Assembly: GCF_027921745.1 (NCBI RefSeq)
Contig: NC_079238.1
Location: 4,216,001 to 4,280,000 of the forward strand
Direction of reading: 5' to 3'
DNA: 64,000 nt
DNA from: Schizosaccharomyces osmophilus
Taxonomy: Eukaryota
Shown: piece after piece, positions 1 through 12,028 of the stretch
Position numbering within the stretch: position 1 is the stretch's first letter
How the letters are laid out: each line of letters begins with the position of its first letter
Program-made: the position numbers and the translations under genes
Notes under the pieces: model-generated
The model's database searches: none
What the model saw: only the letters and a program-made list of their open reading frames with translations
Told to the model about the DNA's origin: nothing

Positions 1-628
1 TCCTATTGTCCGTCCTGACCCTTCTGCTGTTCAACGTTCCATGGAAAGTAGTGTGTATGCAAAGGGTTTCGGTGAGGAACAGGATGATACCCAACTTGCA
101 TTGGAAAACTTCTTCCAACAAGAAGGTGGTGAAATTGCTTCCCTTCGCTTGCGCCGTGATGAAGATAACAAATTCAAGGGTAGTGTTTTCGTAGAGTTCA
201 AGACTCCTGAAATTGCCCAGGGATTTTTGGAAAAGGTCAAGGGATCTCCATTAAAGCACAATGAAACTGAATTAACTGTCATGTCCAAGAAGGAATACGT
301 GGACATGAAGACTGAACAACACCGCAACGATCCCCCTAAGCCTGGCAACAAGCGTAGACGCTTTGACGCTTTCAAGATGATGGATCGTGAGCGATCCCAC
401 AAGCGTGCTCCCAAGAGAGGTAGGACTACTAGGGGATCCACTAGGGAATCCGAGAAGCAAGAAAGCCAAAGTCAGGAAAAGCAAGAGGAGCCTAAGAGTA
501 CTGAAGAACCAAAGAAGGTTGAAGATACCAACGAAGCTGAAAAGTCGAATGAGCAACCCAAGCCCGAAGGAGAGGCTGCCGCTACTACCAACCAAAAAGA
601 AGAAAGTGCTCCTGCTCCTTCAGACTAA
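1..628 (+). CDS. sla1: La/SS-B autoantigen homolog, 3' part (5' end outside the window)
   Basis: RRM with VYAKGFG and the RNP1-like FKGSVFVEF, then LTVMSKKEY and a basic/acidic tail. The frame is open from the window edge. Confidence 0.88.
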   Translation, partial: PIVRPDPSAVQRSMESSVYAKGFGEEQDDTQLALENFFQQEGGEIASLRLRRDEDNKFKGSVFVEFKTPEIAQGFLEKVKGSPLKHNETELTVMSKKEYVDMKTEQHRNDPPKPGNKRRRFDAFKMMDRERSHKRAPKRGRTTRGSTRESEKQESQSQEKQEEPKSTEEPKKVEDTNEAEKSNEQPKPEGEAAATTNQKEESAPAPSD

Positions 629-1546
629 AAAATAATTGAAAGTGGCTTTATTAACATTTTGGAATAATACATTTTAAGGAATAAAATGGTTAGTATGGGA
701 TAAAAATATGAGAATAGTACAGTAGGCTTCTTAAGTTCCGAGTAAAATTGGCATGAGATTGTAGGAGTTAACAAAGACTACTCGCGATAATTTCTCGCTT
801 TTGGTTTAGCTCAAGTTTTCTAGTATCGTAACCATTTTCCTTTGTATTTTAAGCTATCAAGCCATTCCTGAACCAAATCTTAATGGAAAGAAAGGACAAG
901 AAACCATAAATGGTAGATTTGAAACGAACTGATTCCTTGAAATAAGTCAAAGGAGAGATCGGGTGAAAAAACAAGACACTTGTCGTCTTGACTGCTACAC
1001 TTAACGCTCTAAACAAAGCAAAGAAAAAATTAAAAGCTATATTTCGTAGCAATAACCATGATTCCCTCGTTTATATATAAATCTATTTGAATCAATAAAA
1101 TTTCTCTGTTTGTTTATTAGTGTAGCGGAACGAACAAACTCAGAGCAATGAATCCCCTTGATTTGATTTTCAGAGCTTTCAAAAAACGAAAAAGATTGTA
1201 TTGTTTGACTTAGATTAACTTGGAATATAGCACTATAATTACCTTCGAAAACGAAGGAAAAAAATTGGTCATGAAACGAGTAGTTCCCCATGGCCATATA
1301 CTTTTTGAAACCACCACATATATCTATGTGGGATAACTTGGGTGAAGCCGAATGTGGGGGTGAAAGGATTGTGGTGCAAGCAAAAGTGATTGTGAAGTGT
1401 ACGGATGTCGTTATCAATGTATTTGTTTACATCACTGTGTGGTGATAGGAAGGCATACATTTCAATGACAGATATATTCGTGCTGTTTACACTTAACTAC
1501 GACTACTTATTTTGATCCTTGCCATTCAAAGAACGCGCGTATTACA

Positions 1547-2128
1547 ATGCCAAGAGCACCTAAATCAAGCAAGAAGAAGGACCCTAACGCACCGAAGAGA
1601 AACATGTCGGCGTTCATGTTCTTTTCGATCGCGAACAGAGAGAAAGTAAAAACCGAAAACCCTGATGCTTCCTTTGGTACGCGTTAAAATGGAAGAAATG
1701 TTTTTCTTGCTATCAATTGCTTTGATACTTATTAGAAATCTGTTGCTAACGCGTTGCAGGAGCCATTGGCTCTCTTTTAGGAAAGAAGTGGAAAGAACTG
1801 ACAGGAGACAAGCGTGTGGTATGTACGAATAAAAGAATTCTTTAAAAGTGGCTTCCAAACTAAATGAAATTCTACGTAAGTAGAAGATCTTTAAATTGAG
1901 AGCTTACAACTTGACAACATGTTTCAGAAGAGCATTTCGGGGCGGGAGTTCGTTTACAACTTTTATTCATCTTTTCTCTAACTTACAATCTGTGATTAGC
2001 CCTATGAAGAGAGAGCACGCGAAGACAAAGAACGCTATGAACGGGAACGCAGTGATTATGACAATAAAATTATCAACGACGCCAAGAAGAATGCTAAAAA
2101 GGAAGAGAGTGAAGAGAAAAAGGAATGA
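1547..2128 (+). CDS. nhp6: HMG-box non-histone chromatin protein, 3 exons (1547-1676, 1760-1818, 2000-2128)
   Basis: Manual splicing gives [27 protein letters not shown]...[15 protein letters not shown].../[17 protein letters not shown]. Donors are GTACGC and GTATGT, with CTAAC branch sites. Not in the ORF track. Confidence 0.93.
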
Positions 2129-2963
2129 TTTATATCTGTTAATTGCTACATGTCATTGTATAACATCTGTTTGCTGTTTTTCATAAACTATTATTTTTCG
2201 ATGCACCATAGACCTTTTCCTTAATTTCCTATTGGCCTTTAACTGCACTTTACGCTTTAGAGCTTAGTTTATTTATATTCATCCTTCTCCGCTTCTCTTC
2301 TGTGGAGTATGTGCTCAATGTTATTCGAAAAGTGCATACCCTCAATGAATGAACGTCCGATCCGCCGTAATTTATTATTCGAATAATTCCAAATGGTTGC
2401 TATTTCGTTTGCCTCTTCCGCTGAATTTGAAAATGCTTCTCTCTTTTTCGTTACTTTCTAACGCTTTGCTAAGACTATTTTATGGAATATTGTTGCTTGA
2501 ATTTTCAGCACGGATTCAAATTTTATGCTTCTAATGAACTTTTTCTTCTCTCCACCTATCATTAATAATCAATGAAATGATTACCTCTACAATCAATGCA
2601 CTGTACACTTACTAGTTGAGCAATGAAGCCTACGACTCCAGTGTCTGAGTAGCTTGACGTCGAGCTTGTATAAGTAAAACTTAGTATATCAAATTTGTTT
2701 ACTGTATGTCGCATTCTTAAACTCGGCTATTTCAAAATGTCTCGCTCTTCTGAAAGGTCAAATAAAGTAATTTGTATTTTGATGAAAAGTAGTAGTCATC
2801 TATTCCTTATGCAAAGCTGAAAACAATAAGTTTCATATGTTCAAAATTATGAAAATTCTCAAGAATCATTCACTGTGCTTTTTTTTTTTTTTTTTTTTTT
2901 TTTTCAAAACTCGATGTATATATTACACCACTCAAAACGCCATGCATAGATCTTTCCAAGCAA

Positions 2964-3916
2964 CTAGTGATCACCCTTAGATGGTTGTGTAGATGAAGGA
3001 GATGATTCTTTGGCTTCTTCGTTACTAGCTGATTTCTCATTCGAAGGTGCCGTCGCATCCATTGTAGAAACTTCGCTTGTTTCTCCTCCTTCTTCTTTAT
3101 CGGTCGTCAAATCTTTGTATACTTCAGGGTGTTTTTGGAAACAGGCTTGCATAGCCTGGAACTTTTCAAGACATTCCATGCCTTTGGGTTCACTTTTTGA
3201 GTAGACAAAGCAACTAAAGGCAGACTTGAACTCTTCACCACAGGGACCGTGAGCCATTCCTCCCAAGCAAGGGCAATCCCAGTTAATTTCACCAGTTTCA
3301 GGGTCAAAAGCCGACTCCTCGTTACCTTCTTCTTCAACTTCCTCCAATTGCTTGCCTATGGTCTCTTCATCAGTAGAGGTTTCTGGTTCGGGAACCTCAT
3401 CACTGGAGTAGAAGCTGGTGTCAGGCTCGTTTGGTTTCTCATCGTCTTTCATTTGTTCTTTTAATAGTTTGGGTTTTGATGCTGTTTCTGCCATCTCTTT
3501 CTTCTTTTCTTCTAACTTTGCTTCAATTGTATCTTCCGTACGATGTTGTTGCATATACGGTTCATTATAAGCTTTTGAATTGTTAATAAATATACGTGCA
3601 TTTTCTCAACCTTCTTCTTACCTTGAGTTTCTGTTCGAATATGCTCTCCAACATAAGATCGGTTATCTGAATCGGGTTTTGAATCATTAAGTACTTTCTT
3701 TCCAAGGTAGAATCCAAAAAACAATGATAAGCCAGCTGCACCCGATAATATAGAAGCCATTTGACTCCATGATGGAGCGGCTCTGCCCCCGAAAACTGAA
3801 GTAGTCTGGTTAAACCGTTTGGGAAAGCTGCTGCTTAAACTTATTGACTTTTTCTTTAATTCAAAATTCCTAAGAACCGAAGTTCTTAATAGGGATGAAG
3901 CTTTTCCACGAAACAT
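2964..3916 (-). CDS. mia40: Mitochondrial intermembrane-space import oxidoreductase Mia40/Tim40, 2 exons (3916-3622, 3571-2964)
   Basis: [27 protein letters not shown]...C-x9-C (CPC plus twin CX9C). N-terminal presequence and TM segment are in exon 1. A GTAAG...AAG intron joins the two ORFs in frame. Confidence 0.93.
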
Positions 3917-4319
3917 GATTTTACTGTAATTTGCTATGGTAAAGAATGATTACTAACGTCAACGATACACATTTCAAGAAGTACATAATATATCTTTAGC
4001 TCTGGTTGGTTCAACAAATAAACGAAACTTTTATTACTTTATTTCAAGCTTAGCCAGTTACCAAGCCAAAAAACCTGGTACTTTTAACGAAAGAAGATAA
4101 TCTGTCTTACATGAATAAATTAACCCTTTAGTAATAATAAATGAAAGGTTATTAAGTTCTATATTATTTCTATGAAGTATTAGTTGTTATTATTATGTTA
4201 CGATGAAAGCAGGAGTTATTCCTTTTTTTTTGCTTATTTTGAGAACCAAAAAGTTATACACTCTTATAGTTTTTTTGTGCTGACTTCAACAAACTAGAAT
4301 GTACCGAAGCCAACAACGT

Positions 4320-5660
4320 TTATTCCTCCTTACCAATAATATCAACCCAACGCTTTCCATTCAATTCCGCAAGAATCTCTTGCTTGATCTTATGGGCGAC
4401 AACGGGTCCGTCGTAGCCAAGTGCAGTGTACACTTGAACCATAGAAGCACCAGCACGAGCATATTCAATGGCATCTTTACCACTAGATATACCACCACAT
4501 CCGATAATAGGGATGTTGGAAGATAAGTGTTTACGCAAAGTGCGGAGGGTGTTCAAAGTAATTGGTTTTAAAGGAGGACCAGACAAACCACCAGTCTCCT
4601 CAACATGCTTCGTGGATTTTAAGGTGTTAGGGCGTTGGATAGTAGTATTGCCGACAATGACACCGTCAACCTTGCATTTCTTCAGCACAGAAGCGATGTC
4701 AGCAAGCTCGGTTTCGGACAAATCGGGAGCAATCTTAACAACAAGAGGAGGATTAGGAGCGTTCAACTTATTGCGTTCAGTAACGGCAGCGGACAAAAGC
4801 TCGGTCAGGGCAGACTTTCTTTGGAGACTACGGAGACCGGGGGTGTTGGGAGAAGAAACGTTAATGACCAAAACATCGGCATAGTTGCCAAAATTGCGGA
4901 CACCGCTAACGTAGTCTTCCACCTCATTTCCGTTCTTATTCTTTCCCAAGTTAATACCCAAGTACTTGTTGGAAAGCAAACTACGTGGGACACCAAGAAC
5001 AGAGGGATCCGTGTAAGCAGCAGGGTTTTCGTCAAAGGATTTCAAAAGTTCAGGCTTGTTTTTGGAAATATGCTTACGAATACGCTTCTGTACCTTTTCA
5101 AGAATGACTTCATGACCTTCAGAGTTGAAACCATAGCGGTTGACCACGGCCAAATCGGGGTTTAAGCGAAAGTACCTGGGTTTGGGATTACCAGGTTGAG
5201 GCAAAGGGGTGACTGAACCGACTTCGAGATATGAAAAACCAAAATTCAATAAGCCGGAAATAGCATCAGCCTGTTTATCAAAACCAGCAGCTAAACCAAC
5301 TGGATTAGAGAACTTTTTTCCCCAAAGTTCCACAGCTAAAGCTTGGTCGTCGGGAGTAAAGTCACGAGGAGTAATGCCCCAAGAAGCAGCCATGACAGCT
5401 ACGCTGTGAGAAAATTCTGGCGAAGTAAAAGCATGGAACAGTGGCATTTCAATGCGACCGTGGATAAAGCTTCGGACATCAGAAATGTCGTAAATGACCC
5501 AACCAGCGGAGAAACTGCTAATCAAGCTCAAAAGTTTCCAATGGCGTTGGTAAAAGGGTGCTTTTGAAGAAGAAGAAGAGTGTAAGTTAGATTGAAAACA
5601 TTTACCACCCTGTTTAAACGCATTTCTTGAAAAAAGACGATAAGCGCTGCGGGAAAACAT
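4320..5660 (-). CDS. ura3: Mitochondrial dihydroorotate dehydrogenase (class 2)
   Basis: NPVGLAAGFDK, QPGNPKPRYFRL, NRYGFNS, INVSSPNTPGLR, KIAPDL and GGLSG motifs. First ATG at 5660 (MFSRSAY, presequence-like). Confidence 0.95.
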   Translation of the reverse strand: MFSRSAYRLFSRNAFKQGGKCFQSNLHSSSSSKAPFYQRHWKLLSLISSFSAGWVIYDISDVRSFIHGRIEMPLFHAFTSPEFSHSVAVMAASWGITPRDFTPDDQALAVELWGKKFSNPVGLAAGFDKQADAISGLLNFGFSYLEVGSVTPLPQPGNPKPRYFRLNPDLAVVNRYGFNSEGHEVILEKVQKRIRKHISKNKPELLKSFDENPAAYTDPSVLGVPRSLLSNKYLGINLGKNKNGNEVEDYVSGVRNFGNYADVLVINVSSPNTPGLRSLQRKSALTELLSAAVTERNKLNAPNPPLVVKIAPDLSETELADIASVLKKCKVDGVIVGNTTIQRPNTLKSTKHVEETGGLSGPPLKPITLNTLRTLRKHLSSNIPIIGCGGISSGKDAIEYARAGASMVQVYTALGYDGPVVAHKIKQEILAELNGKRWVDIIGKEE

Positions 5661-6552
5661 ATTCGCGGATACTAGTAAATAACAGAAATCAACGTCAAAA
5701 ATGAGAATCCAACCTATAGAATCCAAAAATCTAAATAAGTGATATACAAGAAAAAGTTACCGACAAAAAGAATTATTGGCAATGACTGAAGTTCCAATTC
5801 AAGTGTATTTTAACGACAGAACGTAGAGATTGGTATTAACGGATCTTCAGATGAAAGCTAACTGAAAAATTATAAGAGAAGAAGGTGAACTGTCAAAGAA
5901 TTGATCAAAGATTTTCAAGACAAGTTCAAACTTCAAATGCAAGCAGAGGTATAAGCTCTGAGAGAGAATGCAAAGTGCAATCGCACCATTATGTTTGTTG
6001 TTACTACATTCCAGGTAACAATATACAATCAGCAGGATAGAAAAATTCGTTCAACATAGGCAAAAAATATATAGATAGTTTGTAAGATTCCTAACTAAAA
6101 TAGAATGAATTACAGTGTACATAGCTGATCAAGGCCTCTAAAACTTTTGGGCTGTCAATTTCAAAAATCCGAGTTCAGCATTGTCACTATAGACAAACCG
6201 AACTCTTACCAATCTTCTAAACGAAACAAGATAGAAGAGGATCAAAAACGATAGAGATGGTATCTGTGATCGGTTCGCGACACGTAAAAAAAAGAATACT
6301 CTTGCCTCACTCACATTGAAGTCATCTCTTTAGCAAACACTCATGCCCTTAGCTTTCATGCACGAAAAAACAAACTGAAGAAATCAACACACTAGAAATG
6401 TAGCTGGATTTCTCTTCTCTTCTTTTTTTTTTCTTTTATTATTACTATTATATCTACTTGGTTTATTTACTCTTTTTTGTTTACGTGTTGGACCGTTCTG
6501 TCTTAAACGGTCGCATCTTCTAGCATTCGGCTCTTCATATAAGAAATCCGAC

Positions 6553-8973
6553 ATGAGAGATATCTTCAGACACCTACGACACTTTAGGCGCGCTTTATGG
6601 TTAAAACCCATGTCAGGAAGGCAATCTAATATCAGGTAAGTATGAATTAGAGGCTTTCGTTTACCAGTGTTAGCAAGTTCTTCACTTTGGGTCCAGAAGA
6701 AGCGCGTAAAAAACGAACATTCACTCCTCCAACGGTTTCTGAAAATGAAAACAATTCTCAAACAATAAAGAAGCAAGAGAATGTTACAAAAATTCATAAA
6801 AACGATGGAATAACCCCTAACGGAGAGAAGCGGACAGCGAACGAGTCAGAGATTCCGAAAGAGGAGGATACAGATGCGACAAACACTGTGGAAGTCAAAC
6901 GTTATAAGGTCAATGGCCATTCATCAGCTTCATCTTCTTCCTCCCCATCTGCTGCCATTTCTGAGGGAGACACCACTCCATCTGATATTCCTCCTATTGC
7001 TGAAACACCACTAGAGTCTACAAAAAAACAGGAAAAGAAAAAGTCTCACGCAACGTTTGCGGACATGGTTTCCACTTTCACGAAAATTGAGAAAACTTCA
7101 AAACGTTTGGAGATCATTGATATTATGGGTACTTACTTTTTTTCAATGCTGCGTAACCATCCTGAGGATTTACTTACTTCGGTCTATTTGAGTATTAATA
7201 AGGTATTGTACAGTACCAACTGTTTCATTGAATATATACTAATTAGAAAATTAGCTGGGTCCAGATTATTCAGGAATTGAACTTGGCATTGGTGAAAGTA
7301 TCATCATGAAAGCTGTTGCCGAGTCGACTGGCCAAACCCTTCAACAAATTAAGCAAGCGTTTCATAAAGTGGGAGATTTGGGCCTTGTTGCACAGGCATC
7401 CCGCCAAAACCAGCCAACAATGTTTCAACCAGCTGCTCTGACTCTACCTTTTCTATTTGATTCTCTAAAGTCGATTGCGCAAATGTCTGGAAATCAATCA
7501 CAAAATCGAAAAATCGGTTTGATCAAGCGATTGCTGAGCTCTTGTCAAGGTGCCGAGCCAAAATACCTTATCAGAGCCCTTGAAGGAAAGTTACGTCTCC
7601 AATTAGCAGAGAAAACCATTCTTGTTTCCCTGGCCAATGCCTGTGCACAGTACCATGCTGATAAAAAACAAGTTCAACTATCCCAATCGGACCGCGTCCA
7701 CGCTGAACAGACTCTTCGCGACGTTTATTCTCAACTACCTTCATACGACATTATTGTACCTCAACTGATTGAACATGGAGTCGAGAACCTACGAGAAACT
7801 TGTAAGCTCACCCCTGGGGTTCCTACAAAGCCCATGCTTGCAAAACCTACCAAACAGTTTTCCGAAGTTTTGGATACTTTCGACCAAGCCACTTTTACTT
7901 GCGAATATAAATACGACGGAGAGCGTGCTCAAGTTCATTATACTGATGACGGAAAATTCTACGTATTCTCTCGAAATTCCGAAGACATGTCTGTCCGTTA
8001 TCCCGATATCATGGCGTCTGTGAGCAAATGGAGAAAACCAGAAGCTAAAAACTTTATCCTCGACTGCGAAGCTATTGCTTGGGATAAGGAAGAAAACAGA
8101 ATTTTACCCTTTCAAAAATTGGCAACCCGTAAAAGAAAAGACGTAAAGTTGGAAGAAATCAAAGTTCGAGCTGGTCTTTTTGCTTTTGATATTCTCTATC
8201 TAAACGGTCATTCTTTGCTAGATGCTCCGTTTTCAGAGCGTCGAAAGCACTTATATTCAATGTTTCAACCAGCTACAGGAGAGTTTGATTTTGCCAAGCA
8301 CAGTGATCAACAATCTGTTGAGTCAATTCAGGAATTTCTTGAAGAATCTGTTAAAGATTCTTGTGAAGGTCTTATGGTCAAAATGCTTGAAGGACCAGAA
8401 TCTCGTTATGAACCGTCCAAACGATCTCGGCATTGGTTGAAGATTAAGAAAGATTACCTTTCAGGTGTTGGCGACTCACTTGATTTGATCGTTATTGGTG
8501 CTTATCATGGAAGAGGTAAGAGAACTTCTGTATATGGTGCTTTTCTTTTGGGTTGCTATGACCCTGATTCAGAGACTGTCCAAACAGTTTGCAAATTAGG
8601 TACTGGGTTTTCAGAAGAGCAATTGGAACATTTCCACCGCCAATTGAGCCAAATAGTCGTTCCAAAAAAGAAAGATTTGTATTCTCATAGTGAGGCTCCT
8701 CCTCATCAGCCTGACGTTTGGTTTGAGCCAAAGTATTTGTGGGAGGTTCTGACTGCCGATTTATCACTTTCCCCTGTCTATAAAGCTGCCATTGGTTATG
8801 TTCAAGAGGATAAAGGAATTAGTCTTCGGTTCCCTCGATTTGTTCGAGTGCGCGAAGACAAAAATTGGGAGGACGCTACAACTAGCGAACAGGTTTCTGA
8901 GTTTTACCGCTCTCAGATAGTACATAGTCAGACTTCAGCACGTGCATCATCGCCTAATGTGGAAGACTATTAA
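6553..8973 (+). CDS. cdc17: ATP-dependent DNA ligase I, 3 exons (6553-6635, 6674-7202, 7255-8973); second in-frame ATG at 6610
   Basis: EYKYDGERAQ adenylation motif, EGLMVK, WLKIKKDY and SLRFPRF. Introns GTAAGT..TAG and GTATTG..TAG join the frames. Confidence 0.96.
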
Positions 8974-9385
8974 AGAGAAGTTGCTAGCTTTTCCAATAAC
9001 AGCCTAAAATAGGTCAGCATAGAAATTCGGAGATGGTTTTTTATAAAGACGCTTATTATGTATTATGGAACTGGATTTCTAAGTATAGTATTTACCTTTT
9101 AATGAATATTCCTTTAATTGTTCTTGCTTATAGTGTACAGTTATGTCTTACTTCAGACGTCTACGTATGAAATGAATAATTGTGATATTTTTCTTTTTCC
9201 ATTAATTCATTCTTTTCAGTCTAAATATTAAAACTTTTTTAATTTTAAACCTCCTAGTTATACATTATTAGTAATACCTCTCGTTCAACTCAAATCTCAC
9301 CTTGTCACTATTACCTAAAGTCTATGGTTCACTTTACGAAATAGAAATTGCGACTATAAACTGGGATAGAACACCAGTCAGTAAG

Positions 9386-11497
9386 ATGGAAAACCGAACA
9401 GAATGGCCATTGAAGCATGTACAGCCTCCTAAGGTTCCATTTCGACATCAATTGTCAAAGTCCGTTGCTGATGCACCTTCTCTCCGTGTTCAGTGGTTTT
9501 ATGCGATAGATCGGCCAGTCAAAAAGTCAAAAACCGGAATTTTAGAAACAAAAAAATCAAAGAATTTTAAACCGTTTTCTGTCGAAGACTCTGACCGAAT
9601 TGAAGCTGCTTACCAAAACACCGAAGACTTGGATGATCAGTCGGACACGATAAGGGTAAATGAGGATTATTTATATGCTGTGAATGTAATTTCAAGAGAA
9701 TTGTTTCCAATATATTGGGATGGGCCTGTCTTTCGTATTCTACGAGGAACCTGGTTCTATACTCGAGGCGACAAATTATATCCATGCGAGGAAAATTTGG
9801 CATTGCAAATTGAGGAAGGATACTTAAACATATGTCCTCATCGTGAAAAAGTAGGAGAAAAAGTAGAAGAAAAAGTTGATAACAGTATGTCAACTCAGGC
9901 CAAAACTTGGGCTTTACTTGGAAAATACACTGGAGCATTTATTGAATATTCTGGAGAAAGAAGTGCAAGGATGCATTTTGGAGGGTTTTATCGTAACGTA
10001 TCGACAAAGTTTTTTACCAAAATGTCTTATTCTGCTAATCATCGAAGTGATAAACTAATCCGAGGATACGATGCATCTTCCTCCGTGACCGCGACACCAG
10101 ATATCAAATCTACTGCGAATTCTACAGTAGATGATTTAAGCTCCTCTAGCACATTAATAAACGATTCATCTGAACCAAACGAGTTACTTTCACCTTCTCT
10201 GACCGAATCGGCATCAGAAATTCCCATTTCGACAGATGCTGCACACATAAAGTCTACACCTGATCGTGAAATTAATCACCTTATTTTATGTTGCCATGGT
10301 ATCGGCCAAAAGATGGGCGAGCGCGTGGAAACGGTGAACTTTGTACGAGACATTAATGAGTTTCGGAAAACATTAAAGAAGACATTTAATGCTTCGCCAG
10401 ATTTGCAAGCTTTATATCCTAATTTTAAAGGTGGCGGGAATGGGATTCAATGCTTACCATTATTATGGCGCCAGGATATTCATTTTGGCATGGCACGTGA
10501 CAGTAAATCGGAGTTTAACGAAGAAGATGAATCTGACTGTTTTGATGTTTCAAAAGATCTTGCTCTCGATGATTTGAGTGAGGATCCTAATCCCAGCTTA
10601 GAAAGCATTAATATACCAACTGTTGTGGGCTTGAGAAGCATTATTTCCGATGTTTTGTTAGATGTCTTACTATACTGTCAACCAAAATACAGGGAGAAAA
10701 TTTTAGTTGCTGTTGTTAAACGTCTTAACCGTCTTTATCGACTTTACCTTAAGCATAATCCCACATTTCGGGGCCAGGTTTCTTTGCTAGGTCATTCTTT
10801 AGGTGCCTTGATTTTATTTGACATAGTCCGTTTTCAAGGAAACATAAGATATCCTCGGCTTCAGCTTGATTTTCCTGTTAACAATTTTTTTACACTTGGC
10901 AGTCCTCTTGGTCTCTTTCAGATGTTAAACGGAAAGCGGATTGCAGGCCCAACACCTCGCAATGCTATTGCGAGAAGTGTCAGCTGTTCAGAAAATCACG
11001 CTGACTCAGCAGTTTCTGTTCTCCGCTGCAATAATTTTTACAATATATTTCATCCAACTGATCCCATTAGCTATCGCGTTGAACCTCTTATAGTGAAAAA
11101 GATGACACGCTTAAAGCCTCAGAGTATTCCGCACTTTAGACCTCAGAGTGATGACAATAGTTCAGGAGTTGGTCACAGACTTGCGGACGGTGCATTGAAT
11201 GTACTATCTGGATTGCGTTCTGGTATCGCAAATACTTTGATTTTAAAATCCCTAAGTTATGCATCAGTCTTTAATGAAGCCACCGCCAACCAAAAAGAAC
11301 AGGATGTTGGAGAAAGCAATCAAGCATATCAAATTGATGAAAGAATGTACCGTTTAAACAAAACGGGTCGTGTTGATTTTATGTTACAAGAAGGATCCTT
11401 AGACACATCCTATAGTTACGTTTCTGCGATGAACGCGCATTCGAATTATTGGAAAAATGCCGATTTGGCCCATTTTATATTAACCCAACTACTATAA
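9386..11497 (+). CDS. DDHD-family phospholipase A1
   Basis: HGIGQ, GHSLG lipase nucleophile, FTLGSPLG, NIFHPTDPISYRVEPL, RVDFMLQ and AHSNYW. First ATG at 9386. Confidence 0.9.
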   Translation: MENRTEWPLKHVQPPKVPFRHQLSKSVADAPSLRVQWFYAIDRPVKKSKTGILETKKSKNFKPFSVEDSDRIEAAYQNTEDLDDQSDTIRVNEDYLYAVNVISRELFPIYWDGPVFRILRGTWFYTRGDKLYPCEENLALQIEEGYLNICPHREKVGEKVEEKVDNSMSTQAKTWALLGKYTGAFIEYSGERSARMHFGGFYRNVSTKFFTKMSYSANHRSDKLIRGYDASSSVTATPDIKSTANSTVDDLSSSSTLINDSSEPNELLSPSLTESASEIPISTDAAHIKSTPDREINHLILCCHGIGQKMGERVETVNFVRDINEFRKTLKKTFNASPDLQALYPNFKGGGNGIQCLPLLWRQDIHFGMARDSKSEFNEEDESDCFDVSKDLALDDLSEDPNPSLESINIPTVVGLRSIISDVLLDVLLYCQPKYREKILVAVVKRLNRLYRLYLKHNPTFRGQVSLLGHSLGALILFDIVRFQGNIRYPRLQLDFPVNNFFTLGSPLGLFQMLNGKRIAGPTPRNAIARSVSCSENHADSAVSVLRCNNFYNIFHPTDPISYRVEPLIVKKMTRLKPQSIPHFRPQSDDNSSGVGHRLADGALNVLSGLRSGIANTLILKSLSYASVFNEATANQKEQDVGESNQAYQIDERMYRLNKTGRVDFMLQEGSLDTSYSYVSAMNAHSNYWKNADLAHFILTQLL

Positions 11498-11681
11498 TTT
11501 ATTCACCTGCTACGATAACGTATCAATATTCAGAGCTTATGATATATCTGGGATTTTTGGCAAAATTTATTTAATAACGAAGCATTGCTCGATGCCTACG
11601 AGTTACCCTAGTTAACGAAATGTGCTTTTAGTATAATATCTATTTTAATATATTTATTTGATCTTTTAATTAAGAAATCTC

Positions 11682-11713
<32 letters not shown>

Positions 11714-12028
11714 GTATCAGTCAACTGTACCTTCTCTTTGTCCTAAAACAATGTTAATTCCTGTTATCTGACAGCTGTTAGCGTCTTTCAAAAACCGGCT
11801 TCCTTTCCATTGATCGCGCGTTTAGCATTAACCAACTACTACCACTACTTTGAATTGTCAAGGCCGATGGCCGTTGATTAAACATACATTACGAAACCAA
11901 GTCATATTTGTTAAAGCTTTACCTATCTAAGCTCCTTAACATAAAAACATTGCCATAATTAAAGAAGACCAGAGGACATACTGATTTCTTAACAATATTT
12001 CTTTTATTAGGTTCTTTTAGCTTTTGTA

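Noticed and set aside
1819..1999. Long nhp6 intron 2 as a possible snoRNA host
   Set aside because: No convincing C/D or H/ACA box arrangement is visible.
2879..2904. T26 tract (also T29 at 11685-11713 and other A/T runs)
   Set aside because: Ordinary intergenic homopolymers with no TSD or retro-copy context.
4468..5567. Antisense ORFs over ura3 (likewise those over itr2, not1, erg2, taf2 and the exchanger)
   Set aside because: Shadow ORFs of conserved genes, with no recognisable motifs of their own.
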